Assembly (NCBI GenBank): GCA_965204375.1
Contig: OZ241986.1
Coordinates: 448,001-512,000 of the forward strand
DNA from: Candidatus Latescibacterota bacterium
GTDB taxonomy: Bacteria > Latescibacterota > UBA2968
Direction of reading: 5' to 3'
Length of the DNA: 64,000 nt
This document shows positions 1 to 9,322 of this stretch, piece by piece. The translations under genes and the position numbers were made by a program. The notes beneath the pieces are model-generated. The model saw nothing but the letters and a program-made list of their open reading frames with translations, did no database searches and was not told where the DNA came from. Position 1 is the stretch's first letter, and each line of letters begins with the position of its first letter.

Positions 1-2
1 TG

Positions 3-929
3 GCACCTGTTGCGGTTGCAGAACTCGACGAAAAGCGCTTGAAAGTCGCGCGAGAAGAATTTCCCGGTATCGAGACTTATACATCTGTGTCTGATATGCT
101 GGACAACTCCGATGTCAATCTCGTTGTGATCATCACCCCACACAATACGCATGCCGAACTGGCATTGCAATGCCTGCGCGCGGGGTGCCACGTTATCAGC
201 GAAAAACCGCTGGCGATTACGACTGAGGAATGCGATGCGATGATCCGCGAAGCAGGAAAGCGAGACCTCCTTCTTTCTACTTATCACAATCGCCATTGGG
301 ATGGGTGTATTTTGGAAGCTCTCGAACAGATTCACTCGCGCAAGGTTATTGGGGAGGTCTATCGCATTGAAGCCCATATGGGGGGATACAATCGACCGGG
401 TGACTGGTGGCGCAGTAGTAAGAGTATTTCGGGGGGTATTCTCTACGATTGGGGTGTTCATTTGCTCGAATATTCGCTTCAGATTCTGCAATCGGATATT
501 GTGGAGGTCACCGGGTTTGCACACACCGGTTTCTGGGCTGATGAGACCCGCTGGCAGGCCGATACCAATGAAGACGAGGCCACTGCTGTCGTGCGTTTCA
601 AGGATGGGACCTGGATCAATCTCACGATGTCAAGTATTGCATCTGCCCCCCGCAAGGGTTGGCTCGAGATTACTGGTACGGAGGGTACTTATATTTTTGA
701 TGGTGGGACGTACGAAATTTTGCGGATAAAAGATGGGGAAAAGGTTGTTTCCTCTGGCAAAAATCCCGGTCACCAATACGATAAATACTACGATAATATT
801 GCCGCGCATCTCTCGACGGGTGAAGATTTGATCATCACACCCGAATGGTCCCGCCGTCCCATTCACATCCTCGACCTTGCCTGCAAAAGCGCGGCGATGG
901 GGCAAACGCTCAAGGCGAAGTACGTTTGA
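3..929 (+). CDS. Gfo/Idh/MocA family oxidoreductase (5'-truncated by window edge)
   Basis: Frame is open from the window start; TPHNTH, ISEKP and GGILYDWGVH motifs. Confidence 0.9.
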   Translation, partial: APVAVAELDEKRLKVAREEFPGIETYTSVSDMLDNSDVNLVVIITPHNTHAELALQCLRAGCHVISEKPLAITTEECDAMIREAGKRDLLLSTYHNRHWDGCILEALEQIHSRKVIGEVYRIEAHMGGYNRPGDWWRSSKSISGGILYDWGVHLLEYSLQILQSDIVEVTGFAHTGFWADETRWQADTNEDEATAVVRFKDGTWINLTMSSIASAPRKGWLEITGTEGTYIFDGGTYEILRIKDGEKVVSSGKNPGHQYDKYYDNIAAHLSTGEDLIITPEWSRRPIHILDLACKSAAMGQTLKAKYV

Positions 930-948
930 TATGTGCAGCTTTAGTACC

Positions 949-977
949 TTGCAATTGTCTGCTTATTGCGGTATGAT
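949..977 (+). promoter_or_regulatory. sigma70-like promoter TTGCAA-17bp-TATGAT for the 1022/1395 gene pair
   Basis: Near-consensus -35 (949-954) and -10 (972-977) with exact 17-bp spacer; AAGGA RBS before ATG 1022. Confidence 0.6.
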
Positions 978-1021
978 TATATCCTATATCGCACATCAAA
1001 TTCTATTAAAAGGAATACATC

Positions 1022-1402
1022 ATGGCCTCAGTAACTGTTCCACCAACTATTTCCTCTGTTCAGGTTGTCGCTGAGGCAAAGGAGCGGTTACTTGTTCTGG
1101 AAGATGATTGGGATGGGGAAGGGGCACCTGCTTACTGTGAACAAACCATAGAGGCAGCTGCGGCTTTTTTTTATCAACTGGCGGAGAGATCTGAGTTAGC
1201 AACGCCGGTAAGGATTTTGCCAGCCAGCGAGGGGAGCATTGATCTCCATTGGAAGACAGCGCGGTTCGAGCTTTTGGTCAACTTCCATCCTGACGGTTCG
1301 GTATCCTACTACGGGGATGACTATTGCGAAAATGTCATTCAGGGCAAGACTCATCCCAAGCCTGAGGTTATCGCGTGCTGGATGGAGCATCCTGGTGAAT
1401 AA
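1022..1402 (+). CDS. Hypothetical acidic protein with DDWDGEGA motif (possible antitoxin/immunity partner)
   Basis: RBS plus ATG; LEDDWDGEGAPA...P...GSIDLHW motif; stop overlaps the next gene start. Confidence 0.7.
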   Translation: MASVTVPPTISSVQVVAEAKERLLVLEDDWDGEGAPAYCEQTIEAAAAFFYQLAERSELATPVRILPASEGSIDLHWKTARFELLVNFHPDGSVSYYGDDYCENVIQGKTHPKPEVIACWMEHPGE

Positions 1403-1799
1403 GTGGCCGACAGAAGAAATACCAGATAAGGATGTACTTTACTACCGCATCCACAAGAGACGTTACCTGGAAACATCGCGTGCCTTACCGGCGGATGCGC
1501 CGAAAGACGAACTCCCGCCTAACCTGTTCAAGTTCATAAAGGGCGACCTGTCAGTTGACTGGTCAAAGTATGCGACCCCTCAAGAATCTAAAGATCGAGC
1601 CAGAGTGCCCGCTGACAATGGTATTGTGGAGTTTGAATCTGGTGATGTACGCGCTCGCGCCCATAAAGTAGTACATACCCCTGAGCAAAATAATCGCGCT
1701 CATAGCTCTGTGCGTGGTGATGAACCCGAAGTGCGGATTACATTGAGCCGCATTGCCCAATGGACTATCGGGTTTGGGCCGGAGAGTATCGGTCTATAA
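1395..1799 (+). CDS. Hypothetical protein, putative ADP-ribosyltransferase/RES-like fold
   Basis: GTG start at 1395 after GGAG, overlapping upstream gene; LYYRIH...LSVDW...HTP..NNRAH pattern. Confidence 0.6.
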   Translation: MNKWPTEEIPDKDVLYYRIHKRRYLETSRALPADAPKDELPPNLFKFIKGDLSVDWSKYATPQESKDRARVPADNGIVEFESGDVRARAHKVVHTPEQNNRAHSSVRGDEPEVRITLSRIAQWTIGFGPESIGL

Positions 1800-1900
1800 A
1801 TACAGATTCCGCTTCACTCACACGAGCACTATTGCACGAACACCCCATGGATAGTCACGCCAGCCCGTAGAGTGTCTTGTAAATCATCAAAAAAATAAAA

Positions 1901-1941
1901 AAAGTGGCCCATGTCTCTCGACACAGGTCGCTTTCTTTTTT
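1901..1941. terminator. Bidirectional intrinsic terminator between convergent genes
   Basis: Imperfect hairpin aaagtggccc-atgtc...gacac-aggtcgcttt flanked by A-tract and T-tract. Confidence 0.5.
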
Positions 1942-1951
1942 CATTACTGGA

Positions 1952-2674
1952 CTAAATGCCAATCCGCTTTGGAAAGACTGTTATCCCCCAATTCACATAC
2001 TGGTCTCGCTCTTCAGGTGTCTCGGCACTCATGCCCACTCTCACTTGTGTGTCTTTTACCTGATCGAGCACGTGTTTTACGCAGTCTTCTACTGTCCGAT
2101 ATGGAAATTGGGGATGCGCCTCAATGCTAAACATCAGATCGTTTGGTCCAAAGTTCAATACATCCACCCCTGGCTTAGCTAACTGCGCGGCGTTGATTAC
2201 TGCTTCAACGGATTCAATTTGGATTGCCAGCCATCCGTAAGCATTCCACTAGGGAGCGTATTCCAATCGATCTGGTCGCTCGTCCAATCCCACCCGATGT
2301 ATGCCGCCCCAACTGCGTTTGCCCATTTGGGGATAATAAAAGGCGTTTACGGCTTCCTCTACAATTTCTTCACTTTCGACTTCAGGTACCATAATTCCCG
2401 AAGGCCCCAGATCGAGATAATTGCCGATCAGATAGGCGTGGCGAGTGTGCTTAATCCGAATCTGAACGGGTAAATTCAATTCCCGGGCCATGATGCAGAA
2501 AGCCACCAGGTGGGCTTCGTTAAAAGGCCCGTGTTGTGCATCCACATTTAGATAGTCACATTCGTGTTGTGCCAGAATATCTGTTAGTTCTCCCTTTTCA
2601 ATGTCCATTGGCACGCCAATAGAATGTATTATTTCACCATTCCGAATCCGCTGTTTTAGAGTTTGTTCCGACAT
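1952..2674 (-). pseudogene. HpcH/HpaI aldolase family gene interrupted by in-frame TAG at 2249-2251
   Basis: ORFs 2249..2674 and 1952..2167 are one frame: ...RLEYAP*WNAYGWLAIQIESVEAV...FGPNDL; DAQHGP, QIES and GPNDL motifs. Confidence 0.85.
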
Positions 2675-2688
2675 TATACACCTCTTGT

Positions 2689-3792
2689 TTAGTCCAGGCT
2701 GTAGAGTTCCTGGGCATTCTCGGACATAATTTGTTTTTTTACATCACGGTCCGATACATAGCGCAGTGCCTGATCGGGAGAATCAAAATCCCAGTGCGGA
2801 TAATCGGTCGCAAACATCAGTCTGTCGTCCATGTCCATCTGCGCCAGCATTTGCTCGAAATACGCCGGGTCTGAAGGTTCTTCTACCGGCTGTGTGGTCA
2901 GATAGAAATGGTCCCGGATATATTCCGAGGGCAGTCGCTTTAAATAGGGCACCTCCATCTTGAGTTTTCGGTACCAGCTATCCATCCGCCACATCAGAGG
3001 TGCCACCCATCCGAAACCGCCTTCGATCAGGACGATCTTTAAGCCGGGAAAACGCTCAAAAACGCCTTCGTACACATAGCTCGTAACCTGCGCCTGAAAT
3101 GCCATGGGCATCCCGCCGTGATCCTGAATATAATGCGCCGCCTTGCCCGCGCCCGTAATTGGGCCAATACCCGTGCCACCAAAGTGAATGCCGATGGGGA
3201 GGTTGTAGTCAACGGCTGCTTCGTAAATTTTCCAGTATTTACGGCGGCCCAATGGTTCCATTGTTCGCGCCATGAACATCAGTTGTACAAATCCCGGGTG
3301 ATCGCCCAGGCGCTCAATTTCAGCGACGGCGAGATCGGCGTCCTCATACGCGACAGTCAGCGATGCGCGCAACCGCTCATCTTTTTCGAGCCATTCGGCT
3401 ATTTGCCATTCGTTAACCGCTTGTGCAATCGCCGCTCCGTATTCCAGGTTTTGCTGCCCTCCAGCAGGCGATAACGGATTCAATATGCCGTAGTCCATTT
3501 CCCAGGTATCCAGCAATTGTTCCTGCATAAAGCCCAGATGCGATCCCGGTGGTCCCTCAGGGGGGAATGCATCGTTTCGCGCGGCAAAGGGCACGGCTCT
3601 CGGACAATTGGAACCTGCGCGTCTGCGCCCTGCAATGCTCAAATGATAATCTTTCCACGCGCTGGGCATATAATCTACCCAGACCTCAGTGGCGGGGGAT
3701 TGGTATCCATCTACATTGTGTATATCGCAATCGATTATCGATAGCTTTTCCTTTTTTTTAACTTCTGGCTCTTCTAACATAGTCATTGCCAT
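2689..3792 (-). CDS. Amidohydrolase-2 family protein (amidohydrolase-related dinuclear oxygenase-like)
   Basis: IIDCDIH, IHFGG, LIEGG and ATDYPHWDFD motifs. Confidence 0.9.
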   Translation of the reverse strand: MAMTMLEEPEVKKKEKLSIIDCDIHNVDGYQSPATEVWVDYMPSAWKDYHLSIAGRRRAGSNCPRAVPFAARNDAFPPEGPPGSHLGFMQEQLLDTWEMDYGILNPLSPAGGQQNLEYGAAIAQAVNEWQIAEWLEKDERLRASLTVAYEDADLAVAEIERLGDHPGFVQLMFMARTMEPLGRRKYWKIYEAAVDYNLPIGIHFGGTGIGPITGAGKAAHYIQDHGGMPMAFQAQVTSYVYEGVFERFPGLKIVLIEGGFGWVAPLMWRMDSWYRKLKMEVPYLKRLPSEYIRDHFYLTTQPVEEPSDPAYFEQMLAQMDMDDRLMFATDYPHWDFDSPDQALRYVSDRDVKKQIMSENAQELYSLD

Positions 3793-3804
3793 AGCGGTAT
3801 CTCC

Positions 3805-4872
3805 TCACAATTTGTAAAACGCTCGTGCATTTTCTCTCAAAATTTTTTCCAGTAGCGAATCGGATAGCCCTTTTGGAATGGCGTCATCCGGTCCGTCAAA
3901 ATGCCAGTGCGGATAATCGGTCGAAAACATCAATATTTCGTCCGAGTCCAGTTGTCCAATCATTTGCAACAGGTGTTCGGAATTTATGGGTGCGTCCATT
4001 GGTTGTAGCGTCATCCGAATGTGTTCCCGCACGTAGTCCGATGGGGGGCGCACAACCCAGGGGGTGTCTCGGCGCAGACCTTTCCACTCTTTGTCCATGC
4101 GCCACATCCAGGCGGGCATCCACACAAATCCACTTTCGATTAACACCACCCGCAATTCGGGAAACCGCGCAAATGCGCCTTCTGAGATCAGGCTCAGGAC
4201 TTGTGCCTGAAAAATCTGTGCCATATCTGCACATTCTTCAATATAGGTCGAAGGCCAGCCTACGGGTGTGGGGGGAAGCGATGAGGCACCGCCAAAATGA
4301 ATGCCAATTGCCAGATTGTGCTTTACTGCAGCCGCGTACATCGGATTGTATTCGCTTTTTCCATACAGGGAATAGGACCGGACCGGGAGTATTACCTGTA
4401 CGAAGCCAGGATGATCGCCAAAGCGTTCAATTTCTCGCTCGGCGAGGATGGGATTCTGGCTGGGTACGACCAGTGAGGCGCGGAGACGCGCGTCTTTCTC
4501 CAGCCAGTGATCAATCTGCCACTGGTTGACCGCTGTTGCAAGCGATGCTGCGAGGTCTTCGTTGTGTACGCTTTGCACCCAATAGCCGCACGTCAAGATC
4601 CCCACTTCCACATCCCAGGGATCGAGTACCTGTTTTTGTATCAGTCTCAGATCGGAACCTGGAGGACCATTTGCAGGTCGCGTGCCTTGCCGCGCAGATG
4701 TGGGCGCGCCGCCTGGATAATCATTCGCGCCAGGACCCCGAAAATGGGATTCGCGAATATACGCGACCCAGTGGTCTTCCAGATACGGGACAAGGGTTTC
4801 CAATGAGGCAAACGCATTGTGAATGTCGCAATCGATAACGGGTCGGCCAAGGCCTGTAAAATTAGCAGTCAT
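3805..4872 (-). CDS. Amidohydrolase-2 family protein, paralog/partner of the downstream gene
   Basis: VIDCDIH, IHFGG, LIESG and STDYPHWHFD motifs; likely ATG at 4872. Confidence 0.9.
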   Translation of the reverse strand: MTANFTGLGRPVIDCDIHNAFASLETLVPYLEDHWVAYIRESHFRGPGANDYPGGAPTSARQGTRPANGPPGSDLRLIQKQVLDPWDVEVGILTCGYWVQSVHNEDLAASLATAVNQWQIDHWLEKDARLRASLVVPSQNPILAEREIERFGDHPGFVQVILPVRSYSLYGKSEYNPMYAAAVKHNLAIGIHFGGASSLPPTPVGWPSTYIEECADMAQIFQAQVLSLISEGAFARFPELRVVLIESGFVWMPAWMWRMDKEWKGLRRDTPWVVRPPSDYVREHIRMTLQPMDAPINSEHLLQMIGQLDSDEILMFSTDYPHWHFDGPDDAIPKGLSDSLLEKILRENARAFYKL

Positions 4873-4895
4873 ATTCTTTTCTTTTCGGGATGAGA

Positions 4896-6536
4896 TCATT
4901 GCGAGACGCCGCCGTGTGCGTCAAAAAAATCGAAAATAGTCGGCAGTGCTGTGTACCATATCGTGTTATGTGTATCGTCGGGGGTTTCGTTATAGGTGAA
5001 ATTTTTCATATACTTTGACAACAGTTTTGCGGTGCGTCGGGCGGGTTCTGCCAGCGCGACCATGTCCTTTGCCCCTTGCGAAAATAGCACGGGGAGATCG
5101 GCATGCGGTTTGACATGTCTCGATCTTACCCATCGTCCGCTGGCCGCGATTGGCGCGATGGCGGCAAATTTTTCGGCATGTCTCAATCCCAAAATCCAGG
5201 TGCCGCCTCCGCCCATCGAATGACCGGTGAGGTACACGCGCTCTGGATCGATATTGTAGATGGATAATACGCGATCTAATACATCCATGACATCTTGCCC
5301 GCCAATCCTTCGATACCCTGTAAAAGGTCCGCGCCCACTCGGCGAAACAAATACATATCCGCGTTCTTGCGATAGACGCTTGCACAGGTTCTCTGTTTCG
5401 CCTCTTCTGCGCCGATCCAACCAGGTGTTTTCGCTGCCAGACGCACCGTGAAGGCCAATGATCAGTGGCCATGACCGATCTGGCGTATATTCCTCTGGCA
5501 CAAATATGCGGTAGGGGACGAGTTGGCTGTCAACTGCTGAGCGGTACGCGAGGTGAAAGTCGCCAGTGCTTTTCTTCAGGGGATCTTTTCCTTCCAAAAG
5601 TGCCGAAGATAGGGTTTCGGCGAGGTCGATGTCCGCTGGTATGTTAATCGCGCCGCGCCATGTCAATCCTCTGCCACCGCCGCGGTATTTCATGACCATA
5701 GGTTGCGCTATTCGCCTGAGATCTCCCACGTATTTGGCGTGCATTTCCTCGAGGTGCGCGACGATATATTCGATTGTTTCAACGGCTGCCCGATGGGTCG
5801 CACCACGGGACGCAATATTCTTGCGCTGCAAGGTTTTTAGCCGCGTTTGCAAAATTTTCAGGCGTGAAGACATTGCATCTGTGTGCCAAAAAGCCCGCGT
5901 GACTCTCAGCAGAAGTTTGCCCGCTGGATCGCGCAATTCATAGCGCACACCTGCGCGTCCTTCGGGCAAACCCGCTGTTGATAAGGCGCAATTGAAAGCG
6001 CGGACAGACGAAATTGGTAGCGTGTGTTCGTCAACCACACCCTTCGTCCCTCGCAGCGATAGCCGCGCCGTATATTCGCCTGAAAGTAGCTGTCCCAGGG
6101 TAAAGAGGGGTTTCAGTTGCACGTGAAGCGTGTCGCCCGTGTTCGTGATGGTGCGATTTAATATCAGGTTGTAGCTCGCAGCGAGTTCTGTACCTTCGCC
6201 AGAGCTACTGTCTCGCGTCATTGTCATAAAGCGTATAAACAGGCGATAGGCGCGATAGTTGTCTTTTTTTTCAAAAGCAGCAAAAGCGGAATCCGATAGT
6301 GCCTGGAGATTGGGTGGTACGCCTTCTTCTGTTTTTCTCAGGCGGTTCAACGTAGAACGCGTGACCACTGTAAATGCGCGGGCATCTTCCCAGGCGATAT
6401 CGCCGAGTTGTTCGCCTTCGAGCAGGGTGATAGGAGGCTGGGCATGGCCTCTCACACAGGTTCCTATTATTAAGAATAGGAATATGCCATATATCGAGGT
6501 GTATTTCAAAAAAAGATGTGGGAAAGAGATGGGCAT
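4896..6536 (-). CDS. Secreted alpha/beta-hydrolase (esterase / PHB depolymerase-like C-terminal domain)
   Basis: Signal peptide; LHGASG oxyanion motif, GHSMGG nucleophile, GAKD and H of the triad. Confidence 0.85.
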   Translation of the reverse strand: MPISFPHLFLKYTSIYGIFLFLIIGTCVRGHAQPPITLLEGEQLGDIAWEDARAFTVVTRSTLNRLRKTEEGVPPNLQALSDSAFAAFEKKDNYRAYRLFIRFMTMTRDSSSGEGTELAASYNLILNRTITNTGDTLHVQLKPLFTLGQLLSGEYTARLSLRGTKGVVDEHTLPISSVRAFNCALSTAGLPEGRAGVRYELRDPAGKLLLRVTRAFWHTDAMSSRLKILQTRLKTLQRKNIASRGATHRAAVETIEYIVAHLEEMHAKYVGDLRRIAQPMVMKYRGGGRGLTWRGAINIPADIDLAETLSSALLEGKDPLKKSTGDFHLAYRSAVDSQLVPYRIFVPEEYTPDRSWPLIIGLHGASGSENTWLDRRRRGETENLCKRLSQERGYVFVSPSGRGPFTGYRRIGGQDVMDVLDRVLSIYNIDPERVYLTGHSMGGGGTWILGLRHAEKFAAIAPIAASGRWVRSRHVKPHADLPVLFSQGAKDMVALAEPARRTAKLLSKYMKNFTYNETPDDTHNTIWYTALPTIFDFFDAHGGVSQ

Positions 6537-6730
6537 AAGTGTATCCTTTTTATGGATCAACTGAGTGGTGTACAACTGGCCGCCTATCAGGCCAGTTCAT
6601 CATCTGACAAAATAAGTTGCTATTGGGAAAAACGCAAGGCTAAGGAACAATTCCGACTTGTGCGATGTGGAATCCCACTTTATCATGGCTCTGTCGCTAC
6701 TATTGCCAATTTTATGCAAAGGAAAAAATA

Positions 6731-8260
6731 ATGACTTCAATTGTTCGCAAATCCATTGTCGCCCTGCTGTTATTGCTTCCCTGTCCCATTCTCGCAGATG
6801 TTTCTCTGCCCGCGATTTTTTCAGATAATATGGTGTTGCAGCGGCAAATTGCAATATCCGTGTGGGGAAATGCCAGTGCCAATGAAGAGATTACCATTGA
6901 GTTAGATGCCCAGCGCATGATGACCACAGCAGATGCAGGGGGTACATGGCAGATTCACCTGAGTCCTATGGAAGCGGGAGGCCCGTATCAGCTCACCGTG
7001 CGCGGCAAGAATGTCATCACTTTTAACAATGTGATGGTGGGGGAGGTCTGGGTTTGCTCGGGGCAATCCAATATGGCCTGGGCTGTCAGGCGTTCTCAAA
7101 ATGCGGAGGAGGAAATCAAAGCGGCGGATTATCCCAATATCAGGCTTTTTACGGTGAAACGCAGTGCCGCTCAAAGGCCCGCGCAAGATGTTGAGGGCGC
7201 CTGGAGTGTATGCGATACGAGTAGTGTCGGCAATTTTTCTGCGGTGGCCTATTATTTTGGACGCCGTTTGCACAAGACTTTAAATGTGCCTATTGGTCTT
7301 ATCAATACATCCTGGGGAGGCACACCGGCTGAGGCCTGGACGTCATTGCCCGCGCTTCAAACCATACCGGAGTATGCGCCGCTGGGCAAACGCTGGGCAG
7401 AACACATCGCCGCTTATCCAGAAGCACAGGAGAGATTTCAGGCCAGACTCGCAGTATGGCGTGCAAATACCGATAGCTTGCGCGCTTTGGGGCAACGCCG
7501 CCCGCGAGCACCGCGCGGTCCAAATCATCCCCATCGCCCTTCTGTGCTCTATAATGGGATGATCGCGCCTATCGTTTCTTATGGTGTTCGAGGTGCGATC
7601 TGGTATCAGGGGGAATCAAATGCTGGTCGCGCGTATCAATATCGCGCGTTGTTTCCGGCGATGATTCAGAACTGGCGGTCGAGTTGGGGGCAGGGCGCAT
7701 TTCCGTTTTTCTTTGTACAGCTTGCCAATTTTAGACAGGTAGTGGAAAATCCAGAGGAAAGTGCCTGGGCTGAATTGCGCGAGGCGCAATTGATGGCACT
7801 TTCATTGCCGAATACCGGTATGGCTGTGGCGATTGATATTGGAGAGGCAGACGATATTCACCCGAAGAATAAACAGGATGTCGGATTGCGTCTGGCTCTG
7901 GGTGCAGAAGCTATGGTCTATGATATGGATCAACCGCATTCTGGTCCCATTTATCGGTCTATGGCTGTTGAAGAAGACAAAATTCGTCTGCGATTTGATC
8001 ACGCGTATGGTGGCTTAAAAGCCAAAGGTGATATGCTCAAGGGTTTTGCGATCGCCGGGCAAGATCGCAAATTCGTTTGGGCAGAAGCAAAGATTGATGG
8101 CGACGATGTGCTGGTCTGGAGCAACGATGTGCAGCAACCCGTTGCTGTCCGATACGCCTGGGCAGACAATCCGATTTGCAATTTGTACAATGGGGCAGGT
8201 TTGCCGGCATCGCCATTTCGCACGGATGACTGGCGCGGTATCACTGCCGACCGACAGTAA
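6731..8260 (+). CDS. Sialate O-acetylesterase (SASA/DUF303)
   Basis: Signal peptide; GEVWVCSGQSNM, WYQGESN, DIHPKNK and LPASPFRTD motifs. Confidence 0.93.
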   Translation: MTSIVRKSIVALLLLLPCPILADVSLPAIFSDNMVLQRQIAISVWGNASANEEITIELDAQRMMTTADAGGTWQIHLSPMEAGGPYQLTVRGKNVITFNNVMVGEVWVCSGQSNMAWAVRRSQNAEEEIKAADYPNIRLFTVKRSAAQRPAQDVEGAWSVCDTSSVGNFSAVAYYFGRRLHKTLNVPIGLINTSWGGTPAEAWTSLPALQTIPEYAPLGKRWAEHIAAYPEAQERFQARLAVWRANTDSLRALGQRRPRAPRGPNHPHRPSVLYNGMIAPIVSYGVRGAIWYQGESNAGRAYQYRALFPAMIQNWRSSWGQGAFPFFFVQLANFRQVVENPEESAWAELREAQLMALSLPNTGMAVAIDIGEADDIHPKNKQDVGLRLALGAEAMVYDMDQPHSGPIYRSMAVEEDKIRLRFDHAYGGLKAKGDMLKGFAIAGQDRKFVWAEAKIDGDDVLVWSNDVQQPVAVRYAWADNPICNLYNGAGLPASPFRTDDWRGITADRQ

Positions 8261-8284
8261 GTCCCACCTCTACAGGAGGTAGAA

Positions 8285-9310
8285 ATGAAAGCAGCACTTT
8301 ACAAAGGTATCCGCGAAATCGAATGGCAAGATGTTGAATACGCGCCCCCGGCACCGGGTTATATTACACTGCAGACGAGAAGTTCTGGCATCTGTGGTAG
8401 TGATCTGCACAATTATTTTGGCGAGTGGAAACCCTCACTCGAACGCGCCGCGGGGCACGAGTTGTGTGGCACGGTTGCCGAAGTTGGCGAGGGCGTGACA
8501 GGTATCGAGGTAGGGGATCTGGTTACTGCCGAATGTTTTTCGCATTGCGGTACATGTCATTACTGCGTTACAGGTCGCTACAATCACTGTGCCAATCGCA
8601 AGTGGTTTTCGGGCGAATCGCACGGTGGTTTTGCCGAATACACAACCGCACACAAAAATAGTGTCTTCAAATTGCCAGATATGACTTTTGAACAGGGTGC
8701 GCTTGTAGAACCCCTCGCTGTGGCGCATCGCGCACTCGCGCAGGCAAAGGCGTCTTACCAGGATCGGGTCGCTGTGATCGGTGGGGGAACAATTGGTCAA
8801 CTTTGCCTGGCGGTTGCCAAAGCTATTGGTGTGCGCGAAACGCTTATCACCACCAAATATCCGCAGCAGGCCGATCTCGCGCGCGACCTCGGTGCGGATC
8901 ACGTCGTCGATATCACGACGACCGATGTGAAGGATGTGGTTGAAGATCTTACCGATGGCATGGGGTATGACGCCGTTATCGAAACTGTAGGTACCGCGCA
9001 GAACTTTGATGATTCCATCGCCATATCGCGCCGCCATGCCATGATCGTTCTCGTGGCCGGTTATTTCAAGCCCCTCGAGGTTGACTTGCGCTCAATTGTC
9101 TGGTCCGAAGTCAATATCACAGGCTCTAATTGCTACGGTTTCAGCGGCATGCGTACCGATTTTGATGTCGCGATTGATCTCATTACTTCTGGGCGTGTGC
9201 AAGCTACGAAACTCGTCACCCACCGCTATCCCTTTTCCGATATCGCCGAAGCTTTTCACACCGCCGCTGATAAAGAATCCGGCTGTGTCAAAGTTCATCT
9301 CGTGAAATAA
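8285..9310 (+). CDS. Zinc-dependent alcohol/polyol dehydrogenase (MDR)
   Basis: ICGSDLH, GHE, CGTCHYC...C structural Zn site, GGGTIG. Confidence 0.93.
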   Translation: MKAALYKGIREIEWQDVEYAPPAPGYITLQTRSSGICGSDLHNYFGEWKPSLERAAGHELCGTVAEVGEGVTGIEVGDLVTAECFSHCGTCHYCVTGRYNHCANRKWFSGESHGGFAEYTTAHKNSVFKLPDMTFEQGALVEPLAVAHRALAQAKASYQDRVAVIGGGTIGQLCLAVAKAIGVRETLITTKYPQQADLARDLGADHVVDITTTDVKDVVEDLTDGMGYDAVIETVGTAQNFDDSIAISRRHAMIVLVAGYFKPLEVDLRSIVWSEVNITGSNCYGFSGMRTDFDVAIDLITSGRVQATKLVTHRYPFSDIAEAFHTAADKESGCVKVHLVK

Positions 9311-9322
9311 AAGGCAGGTTCC

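Noticed and set aside
1239-1394. N-terminal extension of the 186-aa ORF
   Set aside because: Overlaps the 1022-1402 gene; GTG 1395 with a GGAG RBS is the more plausible start
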